Origin: Felis catus
Taxonomy: Eukaryota
Direction of reading: 5' to 3'
Assembly: GCF_018350175.1 (NCBI RefSeq)
Contig: NC_058368.1
Location: 161,512,001-161,576,000, forward strand
DNA: 64,000 bases
Part shown: positions 13,827 to 27,056 of the stretch, piece after piece
Position numbering within the stretch: position 1 is the stretch's first letter
Layout: each line of letters opens with the position of its first letter
Position numbers and translations under genes: made by a program
The notes under the pieces: model-generated
The model's database searches: none
The model's input: only the letters and a program-made list of their open reading frames with translations
Told to the model about the DNA's origin: nothing

Positions 13827-14079
13827 TAGTATGTTATCCATTAAAGCTATTTAAATATTAGTAATAACAATTTCTCACATATTTACACATGTAGTTATAC
13901 TTTATAGCCCCCTTCATTTTTTTCCTCAAGAGCCCATGTTTTTTACCTGGTATCATTTTCCTTCTCTTAAGGACATTCTTTAATATTTATTGTGATACAA
14001 GTTTTTAAGGATGGATTCTTTCTGCTTTTTCATGCCTAGCAAATGCTCTATTCCATTTTTGTTTCGAAAAGTAATTGGA

Positions 14080-14287
14080 GGGGCACCTGGGTGGCTCAGT
14101 GGGTAAGTGTCCAACTCTTGGTTTCTGTTCAGATCATGATTTCACAGTTTTGTGGGTTCAAGCCCCACATCGGGCTGTGTAGTGGCAGTGTGGAGCCTGC
14201 TTGGGATTGTCTCTCTCTCCCTCTCTCTGCTCCTCTCCCACTCACGCTGTCTCTCTCTTAAAGTAAATAAATAAGTAAACTTAAAAA
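14080..14287 (+). mobile_element. CanSINE
   Basis: GGGGCACCTGGGTGGCTCAGT head; TSD AAAAGTAATT at 14067-14076 and 14288-14297. Confidence 0.95.
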
Positions 14288-14499
14288 AAAAGTAATTTCA
14301 GTGAGTATAGAAATGTAAGTTAGTAGGTTTGTTTGTCTTTTTCCTGTAGTACTTTGAATATGTTGTTCTACTGTATTCTGGTTTTATTGCTTTTAAGAAG
14401 ATGTTTGTTAATCTTATATTTTTCTTCTCTATGTACTGTATCTTTTTTACTGGGTTCTGTAAAGATTTTCCATTTATCTCTGAGAAATTTGATTATTAT

Positions 14500-14795
14500 T
14501 TTACTTTTCTATTGTGGCTGTAACAAATTACAACCAACTTAGTGATTAAGGGAACAATATTTTATTCTCTTACAGTTTTATAGATCAGTATTCAGTACAG
14601 ATCTCATTGGACTAAATCAAAGACTTCACAGATTGCCTCCCTCTCTAGGAGAGAATCCATTTCTTGCTCTTTCATGTTGTTGGCATAATTCAGTTACTGG
14701 AGGTGTAGACTAAGGTTCCTATTTTCCTGGTGGCTATAAATTGAGGGCTGTTTTCAGCATCTAGAAGCCACCACATTCTTTGATTCACGGCCTTC
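14500..14795 (-). mobile_element. MLT1-type MaLR LTR fragment
   Basis: TTTTCTATTGTGGCTGTAACAAATTAC is the reverse complement of the MLT1 3' end; CTCTAGGAGAGAATCCATTTC is also MLT1-like. Confidence 0.75.
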
Positions 14796-17700
14796 TTTAT
14801 TTTTGTATTTCTATAAATATTCCTGAGTTTTGTTCTGGGACATAGTTAAGTAGCTGGTTATAATTTGGTCCTTTTTAGGTCTTGCTTTTAAGATTTGTTA
14901 GATCAGACCAAAAAATATTTACTATGGGTTTAATCATTCCAATATTGAGGCAAAATGTTTTTGGATACTCAATGCCCTGTAAATTATGTGTGTTTCTATT
15001 CTAGCTGGTGGGAGTAGGCACTATTTCCAGCTCTATGTGAGCTTAGGCAGTATTACTTCTAATCCTTTTTGTGACTCTTTCTTCAATCTCAGGTAGTTTT
15101 GTAATATGCATGTGTTAATAACACTCTGCTGAATATTCAAGGACAGCCTTCAGAAGGCAACTGGAGCTCTCTGTTTATACAGTGTTTCCTGTCCAGTACT
15201 CCCTCATGTGAATTCTAGCCACTTTGGTTTCCCCTAGACCCTCAGTTCTGCTTCCTCAACCTGGAGTGCACTGGGATTCAGCTGGTATCCCCTCCCTGTG
15301 GTTTTTCACTTACAGACTCTAAGCGATAAGCTGGGAAAATGACAAGATCTGTCTCATTTGTTTCTTGTGTCTGAGCATTCACTTTCATTGCCTGATGTCC
15401 ATTGTCTTGAACACCATTATTTCATATGTTTTGTCCAGGTTTTTGATTGTTAAAGACAGAGGAATCAATCAGTGTTCACTTACTTCACTTTTGTTAGACA
15501 AATATTTCCCCAGAATCCATTTAGAACTATAGATAACAACTGAGAGGTTAAAACATCATGTCCTTTTTGGCTCGAATAATTTATTTTTGTTTTATTATTT
15601 TATTTTAAAATCTTCTTGTCCCAGTCATTTTTTTTAAAAAAAGGGAGGAGGACTCCTGCTAAAGAAACAGAATATAGTATGAGAAAAGAAGTTCATACTT
15701 CATTAGCAAAGAAGATAGAAAAACTCAGTCTGACACAATGCTGAGTGACTATATGTTGGATGTAGTCAGGCATAGTAATAGCGATAATAATCTGAGATAG
15801 CAAGAAAAGTTTCAATTGTAGTCAATACCCTTTCTTTATAAAATTGAAAACATGAGATAATATCATCTGTTTATTAAATATTTTTAAATAAGAATGGCTG
15901 AATAAAGGCTTATTTTACTTTTTTATCATGATAGTGTATGCTTCACTTACCTGAAGAGTTTTTCTGGGGACTAACTCATTCTGTGTGGTGCAGTGGGAAT
16001 AAAGTTGTGCCTGGTCTTTCTGGTCACGAGCAGCCTCTCCATTTGTATCTGTGAAGCAGATATTCCCCTTTGGTCCTTCGCTAACATATACAAGAGGACT
16101 TTAGTGGTTTATATTTTACTCATCATTTTGTCATATTATTCTTTAGTAAGCCCTTCTGACCACAGGACCCATGGTGGGATGTGCAACATGTCCCTTCAGA
16201 AAATATAATGTAAGAAAACTTGCCTAAAGGGAATGTAATGCTGTGATCACTCATTCCTCAATCAGCACACACCAGAATCTCCTTTACAATGCCCAATAAT
16301 TATAATGGTTAAATTACTTTCTCAAGGCCATACATCAATTTAAGGGAATATTATAATTGCCTCTCAGGTTGCCCAAGAACTCTCATAATAAAAAGAGACT
16401 GTGGAAGCAATTTGTAGTCCTCATAAAAAAAAAAAAAAGGTGTACAGAAACAAATTTAGAGGTACAAACAACATGAAGAATCTTATTTCCTTTTTCCAAA
16501 AACTCTAATTTGACGTAAAAAGTCTCAATCTTGTTTTCCAATCTTTTCCATCACTCCAGTGAAGAGTACACTGTGAAGAACAAAAGTTCATGTAAAGTGT
16601 TCTACCAGCCCAATAAGAGGTGGGCTTTTATTCTTTGAGGTTAAATTCAGATTAAAACAATTAGTCATCTGAATTGAACTTAAATGATACCAAAAATTGA
16701 GATATTAAGCGGCATTATCCTACCCATGGGATTCTGCTCTGACTGTAAATGCTATCACCTTTATTTTAGATTCATTTTTTATCTTTAATTTAATGCCATG
16801 CAATCACCCAGAGATGAACATATGCTAATTTACTTCACTATTTGAGGCATACATGAAATATGCAAAGGTTGTCACTGCCATGTCACTTGTTCACCCATCC
16901 ATTTTCAGTAGTTGAAATAAATATACCTGTTTCATCATATTCTTATGCATTGTTTATTCTTCATCAGAACCATTTTATATGGTGAAATTATTTTAAGTAA
17001 TTAGAAACGATATCACTTAACCCATGTGAGTCACAGAAAAAAAAAGCAACAATAACCAACAGTTAACAAAGAACTATTCTCCTTATAGTAGAGGGGAGAT
17101 GATTAATTAGAAAAGAGAATTAATGAAATCATCCAGCTAAGCCCCTGGTGAGAAGTTCTACAGAGGGTGGATTCACAGCTTAAATATATTGTCTTGAACG
17201 GTAGCAATTATAAGCAATTAGATACCAAAAGAAATAATTGAAATCTAAGATCAAACAATAGTCTTTTTATGATGCTGCAAAGTATACACCCAGAACTGTT
17301 AACTACAACAGTGATAATGGTTTGAATCTGGAATTAAATTATACTAGCTGCTAATATTTCTCATCTTTTAAAAGATTTGTGGCAACACATATTGGGGCCA
17401 TTTTTTCTCCCTTTGAAATTGCCTTTATGCTCAGCCAGTGAATAAATGAGGCTGAAAATTAATTCACATAGCATTTTAACCAGTAGTCAGTAATTTCTGT
17501 TCTGCAAGTAAGAAACAGCCCAATGCACTTAAGAATGATTTCCCCAAAAGCCACTCTTTTAGCTGCCACCTGAAGGGAAGAAATCCATTTCATTGTCATA
17601 CCTTTTCACCAAATGAAACTCATGTTTTTACTAAGATGCCAGTATCTAAGCTATATTTTATTCAGCATAGAGGTTATTTGTGTTTTATTTCTTGGCCAAA

Positions 17701-18109
17701 GTGCATGTGAACCTCTTCCAATATTTGAGGATCTCTCCGCTTTATGGTTCTTGTTAGTTAGCCGACTTCTATTATGAAGTTAGTCAAATGCTTTCTTGAC
17801 CCTTTTACCAGCTAGGGCAGGAGACTGGTTCTACCAGTCACGTGCACCCACCCCAAAGGTTCAAGGCCCCCTGTGAACTCTAATTTTTGTAGTAGTAGTA
17901 ATTGAAAGATGAGAGGAGGTAACCAGAGAAAACCTCAGGGTCTAGTATGTCCCATTAGTAGTAACATCTTCTGCAGATCAGTTCTGTGATATGACTTTTG
18001 TCATTGCCCTTTGCTGCATCCTCCCTCCTCAAACAAAATAAAACTGTTTCTCCAGTTCATGATAACACTGTCTTTCCAAAAGAACCTTCTTGTCTTCGAC
18101 CAGATTAGT

Positions 18110-18310
18110 CTAATGAAAAGCACCTGGCCTTTGCTGGCAGATACACAGGTTCTGACTTTATCCTGCTCAGCTCCCTAAATTATATTATTAGGCTCTAATC
18201 AATCTGAGGCCAAGTTTTCTCTTTGTGAAACTGGATTGCTATGCATATCAGATGAGTGAACATGTGTAAAACACCTAGCATATTTCAGGATAATTTACTG
18301 AGACATTAAT
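18110..18310 (+). mobile_element. MIR relic
   Basis: Degenerate MIR core (CTGAGGCCAAGTTTTCTCTTTGTGAAACTGG) and GTGTAAAACACCTAGCA. Confidence 0.55.
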
Positions 18311-18427
18311 TGCTATTTTGTTTTTACTGCAGTTAAAGAATTAAGCCGCCAATAACATTTTGTGCTCGGGATTCTTTCCCCTCCCCTCTCAATTTCTGTG
18401 ATGTTAGCAAGACCTCTGTGCTTTTTC

Positions 18428-18650
18428 TTTTTTTTTTATAATTTTTTTTAATGTTTATTTATTTTTGAGACAGAGAGAGACAGAGCATGAATGGGGGAGG
18501 GTCAGAGAGAGGGAGACACAGAATCTGAAATAGGCTCCAGGCTCTGAGCTGTCAGCACAGAGCCTGACGCGGGACTTGAACTCACAGACCGTGAGATCAT
18601 GACCTGAGCCGAAGTCGGCTGCTTAACCGACTGAGCCACCCAGGCGCCCC
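18428..18650 (-). mobile_element. Felid CanSINE, fairly young
   Basis: Full head to tail; TSD TGCTTTTTC at 18419-18427 and 18653-18661. Confidence 0.97.
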
Positions 18651-19403
18651 CATGCTTTTTCATATCAGAGTAGTTCAGGCTAAGAGATTACCTGAAGATA
18701 TTTCCCAACTGCTTTAGTTTTTGTAAGGTTGAGTTCACAAAAGTGTTGTTTGAAGAGTAAAGAGGAGTCAGTGAAAGTAACAAATGGGAAGAAGTTTCCC
18801 AAACAGTCAAAGAAGCCTGACTGTGAGGTTCTTAGATTGGTGAAGTCTTAGCCACACCCCAGGAAGATGCTCCCCAAGGAGTGAGGTCCCCACACTGCAC
18901 ACCTAGCGAGATGGAAATCTGTCATCAGCTATGCCAGCCTCCACTTGGGAGCAGCAGAGATACTGGCCAGGGAGGAACCACACAACTATACTAAAGAACA
19001 TTTTCTAGTTTTGTTTTCACACAAATGCAATTCTTATTTGTGACATGCCCAAAGGAGGGGTGAAGATCTTACCACAGATCCATGAATGAACTTAAGTTTC
19101 CTGGTAACCCAATACAATGAGGATACAGTGTCATCTTCAATTTACTTTGAAGAAAATGATGTATGTCTTGCTTGCCTTGTGGACAATGATTCTTTTAGTT
19201 ATAGTCACACAGCAGTACACCAGAAAATATCAAGGTTTTTTTTTTTTGTTTTTGTGTTTTGTCTCTTTTTTTCTTTTTCCATCCCTTCCAGTTATTGTGA
19301 AGTATCTAGTTCAGGACCTAGCACACAAACTAATACTCACTAAATATCAATTCTGTGTTTTCCTTAAAGTTGCTAAATCTTAAACTTTTGAGGTCATTTC
19401 TAG

Positions 19404-19470
19404 ACCTAAACATTAGCATGAGCTAAACATTTAGCATGCCTAAACTAGCATGACCTAGACATTTGCATGA
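19404..19470. repeat. Degenerate 15-18 bp tandem repeat, 4 copies (CCTAAACATTAGCATGA-like)
   Basis: Units start at 19404, 19422, 19439 and 19454. Confidence 0.8.
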
Positions 19471-20360
19471 GCTTGAAATTTCAACAGCTTGAAGTACAAT
19501 AAACATTCAAATATGCTTTAACTAGCAAATTTTTAAAAACATTTTATATTGATTGGTTTAGAGGAAAGCAGAGGGAAGTTATGCTCATTATAGGCCCCAA
19601 CTCGCTTTGTGATATTTTATTTGAGATAGGGATAAAGAGGGAAGAATTATGATTTATTTTGAACATCAACAAAAACTAAATAGACAGTAGGAATAAATTG
19701 GAGACAAAGGTACATTTACAGGAAGAAACAATGAACCAAAATGTATCAAAACTGCACATATATATACACCGTGTTAAGAACAGACATGGTTAAAATCATT
19801 AGAGATAATATCGTCAGTTATATATGAATTAGGTGTTATCCTAAGCATTTTTTCATGTAGCAGCTCATAAATTTTTACCTAAGTTTTGAAATATATCTTA
19901 TTTTCATTAATTTAACAAATACAGAAAATGGTACTGAGAAGTTGAGATTTATTCACAGTTACTCAGTAGTAACAGTCAAAGTTTTAACCAAGCAATTTGA
20001 CTTGAGATTCCACATATCCACCACATTGTATTGATTTCTGTAGTTTTAAAAAATCTATCAACATTTGGGATGCAAAAAAAAGTGATCCTAAGAGGGAAGA
20101 TTATACCAATACAAACCTAACTCAAGAAGCAAGAAAAATCTCAAGCAACATAGTATTACACCTAAAGCAGCTAGAAAAAGAAGAACAACACAACCTAACC
20201 ATCAAAAGGAAGGAAATAATAAAGATTGGAGTAGAAATAAATAATATAGAAACAAAACAAAACAAAACAAACAATAGAACAAACAGATCAATGAAACCTG
20301 GAGTTGGTTCTTTGAAAATATAAAAAAAAAAAAAATGGATAAACTTCTAGCAAGACTCAA

Positions 20361-20396
<36 letters not shown>

Positions 20397-20809
20397 ACCC
20401 AAATAAACCAAATCACTAATGAAAGAGAACACATAGTAAACAACACCATCGAAATTAAAACAGTTGTAACAGAATATTCTGAAAACATATGTGCCAACAA
20501 ATTGCACAACTTGGAAGAAATGGATAAATTCCTAGAAACATATAACCTACCAAAACTAAAGCAGGAAGAAATAGAATATTTGAGCAGACTAATTGCCAGC
20601 AGTGAAATTGAATCTCTAATCATAAATTTCCAAGAAAACAAAAGCCCAGGACCAGATAAATTCACAGACAAATTCTACCAAACCTTTAAAGAAGAGTTAA
20701 TACCTATTCTTCTCAAACTGCTCTAAAAATACAAGAAGGGAAACTTCCAAATTCATTCAATGAGGCAAGTATCACCCTGATATCAAAACCAGATAAAGAT
20801 GCCATAGAA

Positions 20810-20813
20810 GAAA

Positions 20814-20863
<50 letters not shown>
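20810..20863. repeat. (GAAA)n microsatellite in L1 (a second one lies at about 20361-20397)
   Basis: Direct reading. Confidence 0.95.
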
Positions 20864-23021
20864 AAACAAACAAAACAAAAATATGGGCAAATATCCCTAA
20901 TGAATATAGATGCTCAAGTCTTCAACAAAGTATTAGCAAACCAAATCCAACAATACATTAAAAAAATCATACACCTCAATCAGGTAGGATTTATCCTGGG
21001 CTGCCATGTGTATGGTTCAATATTCACAAAACAATAAATGTGATGCATAACATCAATAAGAGAGAGGATAAAAACCATTTCAATAGATACATAAAAAACA
21101 TTTCACAAAGTATAACATTTATTCATGATAAAAACCCTCTGCAAATTAGATCTAGAGGGAACATACCTCAACATAATAAAGGACTTATATGAAAAACCTA
21201 CAACCAACACCATACTCAATGGTGAAAAACTGAGAGCTTTCCCCCTAAGGTTAGGAACAAGACTAGGAGGTCCATTCTCACCACTTTTATTCAACATAGT
21301 ACTGGAAGTCATAGCTCCAGCAATTAGAAACATAAAGAAAGAAAAAGCATCCAAATTTGTAAGCAAGAAGTAAAACGTTTACCATTTGCAGATGACATGA
21401 TACTCTATGTAGAAAACCCTAAAGACTCCACAAAAAAACTACTAAACTGATAAATGAATTCAGTAAAGTCACAGGATACAAAATCAATGTACAGAAATCT
21501 GTTGCATTCCTATAATAAAGAAGCACAGAAAGTGAAATTAAGAGAGCAATATTATTTACAATTACACCAAAACAATAAAATATCTAGGAATAAATTTAAC
21601 CAAAAAGATGAAAAACTTGTAATCTGAAGACTATAAAACACTGTTGAAAGAAATTCAAGGCAGTGCAATGAAATGGAAAGACATTCCATGCCCATGGGTT
21701 GGAAGAACAAATATTGTTAAAATGTCTGTAGTACCCAAAGCAGCCTATAGACTTCATGCAATTCCTGTCAAAATACAAAGAGAATTTTTCTCAGAACTAG
21801 AACAATCAATACTAAAATTTGTATGGAACCACAAAAGACTATTTCTTTGAATAGCCAAAGGAATATTGAAAAACAAAACTGGATGTATCACAATTCTAGA
21901 TTTCAAGTTATATTACAAAACTGTAGTAATTAAAACAGTATGGTACTGGTATACACATAGACCAATGGAATATAACAGAAAACCCAGAAATAAACCCACA
22001 ATTATGTGGTCAATTCTTTTCAAGGGAAGAATGAATTTATCATGGGAAAAAGTCTCTTCAACAAATGATGTTGGAAAAACTGTACAGCGACATACAAAAG
22101 AATGACACATACACTATTCACCAAACACAAAAATGAACTCAAAATGGGTTAAAGACCCAAATATGAGACCTGAAACCATAAAAATCCTTGAATAGAGCAC
22201 AGACAGTAATCTCTCTGACATCGGCTATAGCAACATTTTTCTACATATGTTCCCTAAGGCATGGGAAATAAAAGCAAAAATAAACTATTAGGACTACATC
22301 AAAATAAGTTTCTGCACAGCAAAGGAAACAAAACAAAAGGGGAACCTATGGCATGGGAGAAGATATTTACAAATGATACACCCAATCAGGAGTTAGTATC
22401 AAAAATATATTAAAAAAATATAAAACTCAATAAGCCAAAACCAAAATAATGTGCTTAAAAACTGGGCACAAAACATGAACAGACATTACTCCAAAGAAGT
22501 CATCCATATGGTGAAGAGACACATGGAAAGAAGCTCAGCATCACTGTAATCAAAACTACAATGAGATATTTCTTCACATCTGTCAGAATGGCTAAAATAA
22601 GAATAATAATAATAAAACAAGAAACAAGTATTGGCGAGCAAGTGGAGAAAACGGAACCCTCTTTCCCTGTTGATAGGAATGCAAACTGGTGTAGCCTCTG
22701 TGGAAAACAGTATGGAGGGTCCTCAAAAACTTAAAAATAGAACTACCCTATAATCTAGTAATCATACTACTGGGTATTTACCCAAAGAATACACAAACAC
22801 AAACACTACTTTGAAAGGATATATGCACCCCTATGTTTATTGCAGCATTATTTACAATAGCCAGACCATGGAAGCATCCCAAATGTCCATCAATAGATAA
22901 ATGAATAAGGAACCTGTGGAATGTATATATACAGAGAGTATAATGCTAAGAGAAATAAGTCATCCAGAGAAAGGTAAATACCATATGTTCTCACTTACAT
23001 GTGGAATTTAAGAAACAACAA

Positions 23022-23022
<1 letters not shown>

Positions 23023-23068
<46 letters not shown>
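23023..23068. repeat. (GA)n microsatellite in the L1 3'UTR
   Basis: Direct reading. Confidence 0.95.
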
Positions 23069-23074
<6 letters not shown>

Positions 23075-23172
23075 TACATAGACTCTTAACTATAAAGCAT
23101 AAACTGATGGTTACCAGAGGGGTGGGGAGGGGGATGAGGGAAATAGGACATGGAGATTAAAGAGTACACTAA

Positions 23173-23301
23173 GGGGCACCTGGGTAGGTTAGTCAGTTAA
23201 GCGTATGATTCCTGGTTTTGGCTCAGGTCATGATCTCACAGCTCATGAATTCAAGCCCAGCATCCGGCTGTGTACTGACAGCATGGAGCCTGCTGGGATT
23301 C

Positions 23302-23349
<48 letters not shown>

Positions 23350-23383
23350 ACTCTCTCTCAAAAATAAATAAACATTAAAAAAG
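23173..23383 (+). mobile_element. CanSINE nested at the L1 3' end
   Basis: GGGGCACCTGGGT head, long CT tract; degenerate TSD GAGTACACT / GAATACACT. Confidence 0.94.
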
Positions 23384-23631
23384 TAACGAATACACTTAAA
23401 AATATATCAAGTAGATAACCTATGAGTGACAGAATAAAATAATTCTGTGAATGACAATAAAAAAGTAATGCAAAGTAAGAAGACAATTTTTCATTTGAAA
23501 ATAGAATTAAACAAATAGGAAGAACTTTGCAGTAGTCCTATGAGGAATAAAGGACTTGGGTTTATTTACGGGAGATTTTTGTTATGGAAGTACTTCCAAG
23601 CCCTGCTGATGTTGCAAAGAAAAAATTGTGC

Positions 23632-23905
23632 GTTTTTCTGTTTGTTTGCTTGTTTGTTTTAAAGATTATTCACTTATTTTGAGAGAAAGCACAAGTGTGG
23701 GAGAGCAGGGGAGGGAGAGGGAAAGAATCCTAAGCAGGCTCAGGATTCTGAGCTCATTTAGAGCCATGTTGGGCTCCACTCACTCAGTGAGGAGTGGAGC
23801 CCAACACGGTGCCCCATGCAGGACTTCAACTCACAAACCCTAAGATCATGACCTGAGCCAAAACCAAAAGTTGGATGCTAAACTGACTGAGCCACCCAGG
23901 TGCCC
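23632..23905 (-). mobile_element. CanSINE with an internal inverted duplication
   Basis: Normal head and tail, with extra sequence at about 23742-23810 that forms a hairpin. Confidence 0.9.
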
Positions 23906-24590
23906 GAAGAAATACTGTTTTTATATCTTAGACTTTATCCCAATGCCCAAGTGTTCTGACATTCAGGAAATAATAATACCAAATTCTGAGCAATGAGGAT
24001 TCATAGTAAAGTCTTTTGTTATGCCTTGAGACCTGTGTTCATTATACCTTAGCAGGATATGTTTGGCTTTGTTATGAAATCGGATAAAAGAAGGAAGATA
24101 GAGCACTTGTGTGGCAAATGGTTGCCCAATTGTAGATGGCAACCTATATATCCATATAAGCTATGAAATATAGTTGCAATTAATGTAACATCTGTGTCCA
24201 TAGCTAGGAAACCCAAAATAGTAGCATGGAGAGTCCCACAATTAGACATGCAACAAAACAGAAATGCAGAATGGATTGTGCAAGCTAATGAGGACTTACA
24301 AAACGATAGCCAGCCTGGTGACTGAAATGATTTCCACACGAGAAAGGACACATTTGTATTGTTTCACTCATTTAATCATGACTCAGCATGTGGCTGACTG
24401 CTGTGAAATCTGTAACTTAGTTTTCAGAATGTCCTTGAGTGTTGTATTATTTGGTTTCATCATGGTTGAAGTAACTAGATTGTAAAAGCATACTCTAAAA
24501 GTTTATCAAGATGTTTCTACATATGAAACAAAGTCAGAATTTGAAGGAAATTAAAATAAATGGTGGTTTCACTTTTATTTTTAATATATT

Positions 24591-24779
24591 CCTGGGTGGC
24601 TGGGTGGCTCAATCAGTTAAGCATCTGACTCTTGATTTCAGCTCAGTTCACGGTCCCAGGGTCATGGGATCAAGCCCTGTGTCAGACTTCATGGTGAGCG
24701 TGGAGCCTGCTTGAGATTCTCTCCCTCTCTACCTCTGCCCCTCTCCCCAATCGTACTCTCGTGCTGTCTCTCTCTCTTA

Positions 24780-24820
<41 letters not shown>

Positions 24821-24830
24821 TCATAATAAT
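24591..24830 (+). mobile_element. Older CanSINE with (AAT)n tail
   Basis: CTGGGTGGCTCAATCAGTTAAGCATCTGACTCTTGATTTCAGCTCAG; (AAT)n at about 24780-24830. Confidence 0.92.
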
Positions 24831-25735
24831 GTTCCTAATGTTTTCTTTTCAGTATATCTTACTTTGAAAAATATGGACATCTTGTGCAATAAATATTCAT
24901 AATTAACTCTAAGACAAAGATAATTCCATCAGAGCCCCCATCTTTCTTTTTGTGCCACTAAACATTTATATTCTTATGTGAGTCATAAAATTTAGAGGTT
25001 GACTTAGAAATTACCTAAAAGAAAAGTAGAAAATATCAATTCAGTTAAAGTTAGTGTTTTGGTTATCAATATTTTTAGAAAAGCTGTTATAAATTAACCC
25101 AAATATATTGTAATACCAGTATTAAGCCATATCTAAAAGAAACATAACTGATGACAATAAAGTGTTGGTTTTGACATCGTTCAACTCTCCATATTGTCAA
25201 TGTTTAACTTGTGAGTGCTTAGGCTAACTATATAACCTCTCTTAGCCTTAGTTTCCTGTAAAAATGGTGAAATTGTAACTATCTCACAGGAATTTTATAA
25301 GAATTAAATGATGTGATGTATTGTAGATCACTTATCTGACTTTATTGTGACAGGTACTTTATTGGTTCATTAAAAATGGGTTAAACCAGAAATGTATATT
25401 ATTCCAAATGCCCTGGAAATCGATCAATATGATTGATTAACACAGCAAATGGAGAGTGATGTGTACTTCTTATATATATTTCCGTGGAGGTCAGTCAAGA
25501 GAGTTTCTTCTGTATAAGAAAAATCCTGACTTAGAGCCTAGAACTCAACATATACTTTTTCTTCTCTCTTCTTTTCTCTCACTGGAAATTCAGTGGTAAC
25601 ACTGAGAAGTCCAAAGACCAACTGTTTTCTTGTGATTGTTTCAAAGGAAATATTTTTTCCTGACTGAAAAAAATATATATTTATAATAACAATAAGTAGC
25701 AAATATAATTTAGCTTCAAAAGTAGAAAAAAACTT

Positions 25736-25965
25736 GGGGCAGCTGGGTGGGTCAGTCATTTAAGTGTCTGACATTCAATTTTGTCTCAGGTCATAATCAC
25801 ATGTTTTGTGGGATCAAACCCTGCATGGGGCTCTGTGCTGACAGTGCAGAGCTTTCTTGGAATTCTCTCTCTCCCTCTCTCTTTGCCCCCACCCCCCCAC
25901 TCACATGTGCACTCTCTCTCTCTCAAAATAAATTTAAAAAGTGTAAGAAATAATAAAAAGAAAAC
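25736..25965 (+). mobile_element. CanSINE, diverged
   Basis: GGGGCAGCTGGGTGGGTCAGTC head, CT tract, A-rich tail. Confidence 0.92.
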
Positions 25966-26159
25966 AAAACTCGTATTTTCATATGTTTGACAGACCATGT
26001 AGATCCATATCAGAAAGAAAGAGACTCCTACTTCATATACTTCTAGGATGTAGAATAACTTATTGATGAAACTATATAATTATAAAGAAAATTTCATTTT
26101 AAGAAAAAAGAACACATTTTATTTCATTAAAATTTAAACTTTTGTCCAGTAGTAGAAAA

Positions 26160-26430
26160 CATTCTTCCACTATAAATCAGAAAACCACTTTGGAGAATGC
26201 TGTGGCAGTATGTGGTGAAGCTGAACATGTGCATCTCCTATGACCCAAGAGTTCCACATCACAACACACACCTTGGAGAAATTACTGAACATGATACATC
26301 TTCAGGGATGGGCTATAAATGGTAGAATGCAACACAATGTACAGTAGTCAAAAACCTAGGAATATCTAACTATTCAACAAATTATAATGGGCATATAATT
26401 CATAAAATGGAATATAATACACATCATGTA
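26160..26430 (+). mobile_element. Ancient L1ME-like 3' fragment
   Basis: AACCACTTTGGAGAA...CCTATGACCCAAGAGTTCCAC...AAAATGGAATA. Confidence 0.6.
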
Positions 26431-26835
26431 TTTAACAAACTTAAATTATTGTGTGTTGTACCACTCTAGGTGATTTATAAATATTGGCACAGTTAATCCT
26501 TATCATAAGCCTGTGAAATAAAAGCTGTTAAATATTGCCATTTCATGAGAGGGAAATGACATACAATGAATAATGAGGTTCAGTCCTTACCCAAGGTAGC
26601 ACACAGCTAGTAAGGATCAACACTAGAATTCTAATCTAGTTTGGTTTAAAAGTCTTTAATATTAACCATTTTGCTTTTTGGCTTCTTCATGATGAATAAA
26701 CTAAAGTCCCATGATTAAAGTCGATGTATGTCAAAACCATAATGTTGAATGGGAAATGCATGATGAGAATGATAAATTCAATGTGTTACCAAGCATTGAA
26801 TCATTAAAAGCTAGCAAAAATTATTATGTATTGTT

Positions 26836-27056
26836 TTTTTTTAATTTTTTTTTCAACGTTTATTTATTTGTGGGACAGAGAGAGACAGAGCATGAACGGG
26901 GGAGGGGCAGAGAGAGAGGGAGACACAGAATCGGAAGCAGGCTCCAGGCTCTGAGCCATCAGCCCAGAGCCTGACACGAAGCTCGAACTCACGGACCGCG
27001 AGATCGTGACCTGGCTGAAGTCAGATGCTTAACTGACTGCGCCACCCAGGCGCCCC
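26836..27056 (-). mobile_element. Young felid SINEC_Fc-type element
   Basis: Perfect 15-bp TSD TTATTATGTATTGTT at 26821-26835 and 27057-27071. Confidence 0.97.

Larger units (their letters stand above)
13010..15500 (-). mobile_element. Ancient L1M-type element (ORF2 5' region to 5' end), interrupted by a SINE and a MaLR LTR
   Basis: T-rich antisense L1M-like sequence (ATTAATGTAGCCACTTTAGCTTTC, GGCCATTTACATT); boundaries approximate. Confidence 0.7.
20062..23397 (+). mobile_element. 5'-truncated carnivore L1 (decayed ORF2 including RT domain, partial 3'UTR)
   Basis: Peptides [34 protein letters not shown] and [32 protein letters not shown] encodes the FADD motif; many frameshifts; near-TSD AAAAATCTATCAA / AAAAATATATCAA. 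Confidence 0.95.

Noticed and set aside
16385..16440. AATAAA followed by an A run, a possible retrocopy tail
   Set aside because: No TSD or recognisable mRNA upstream
19404..19470. Short repeats as a possible CRISPR-like array
   Set aside because: No spacers, degenerate units, mammalian context
20502..22105. ORFs with reverse-transcriptase-like peptides
   Set aside because: Frameshifted fragments of L1 ORF2; not an intact or domesticated gene, and not a retron-type system
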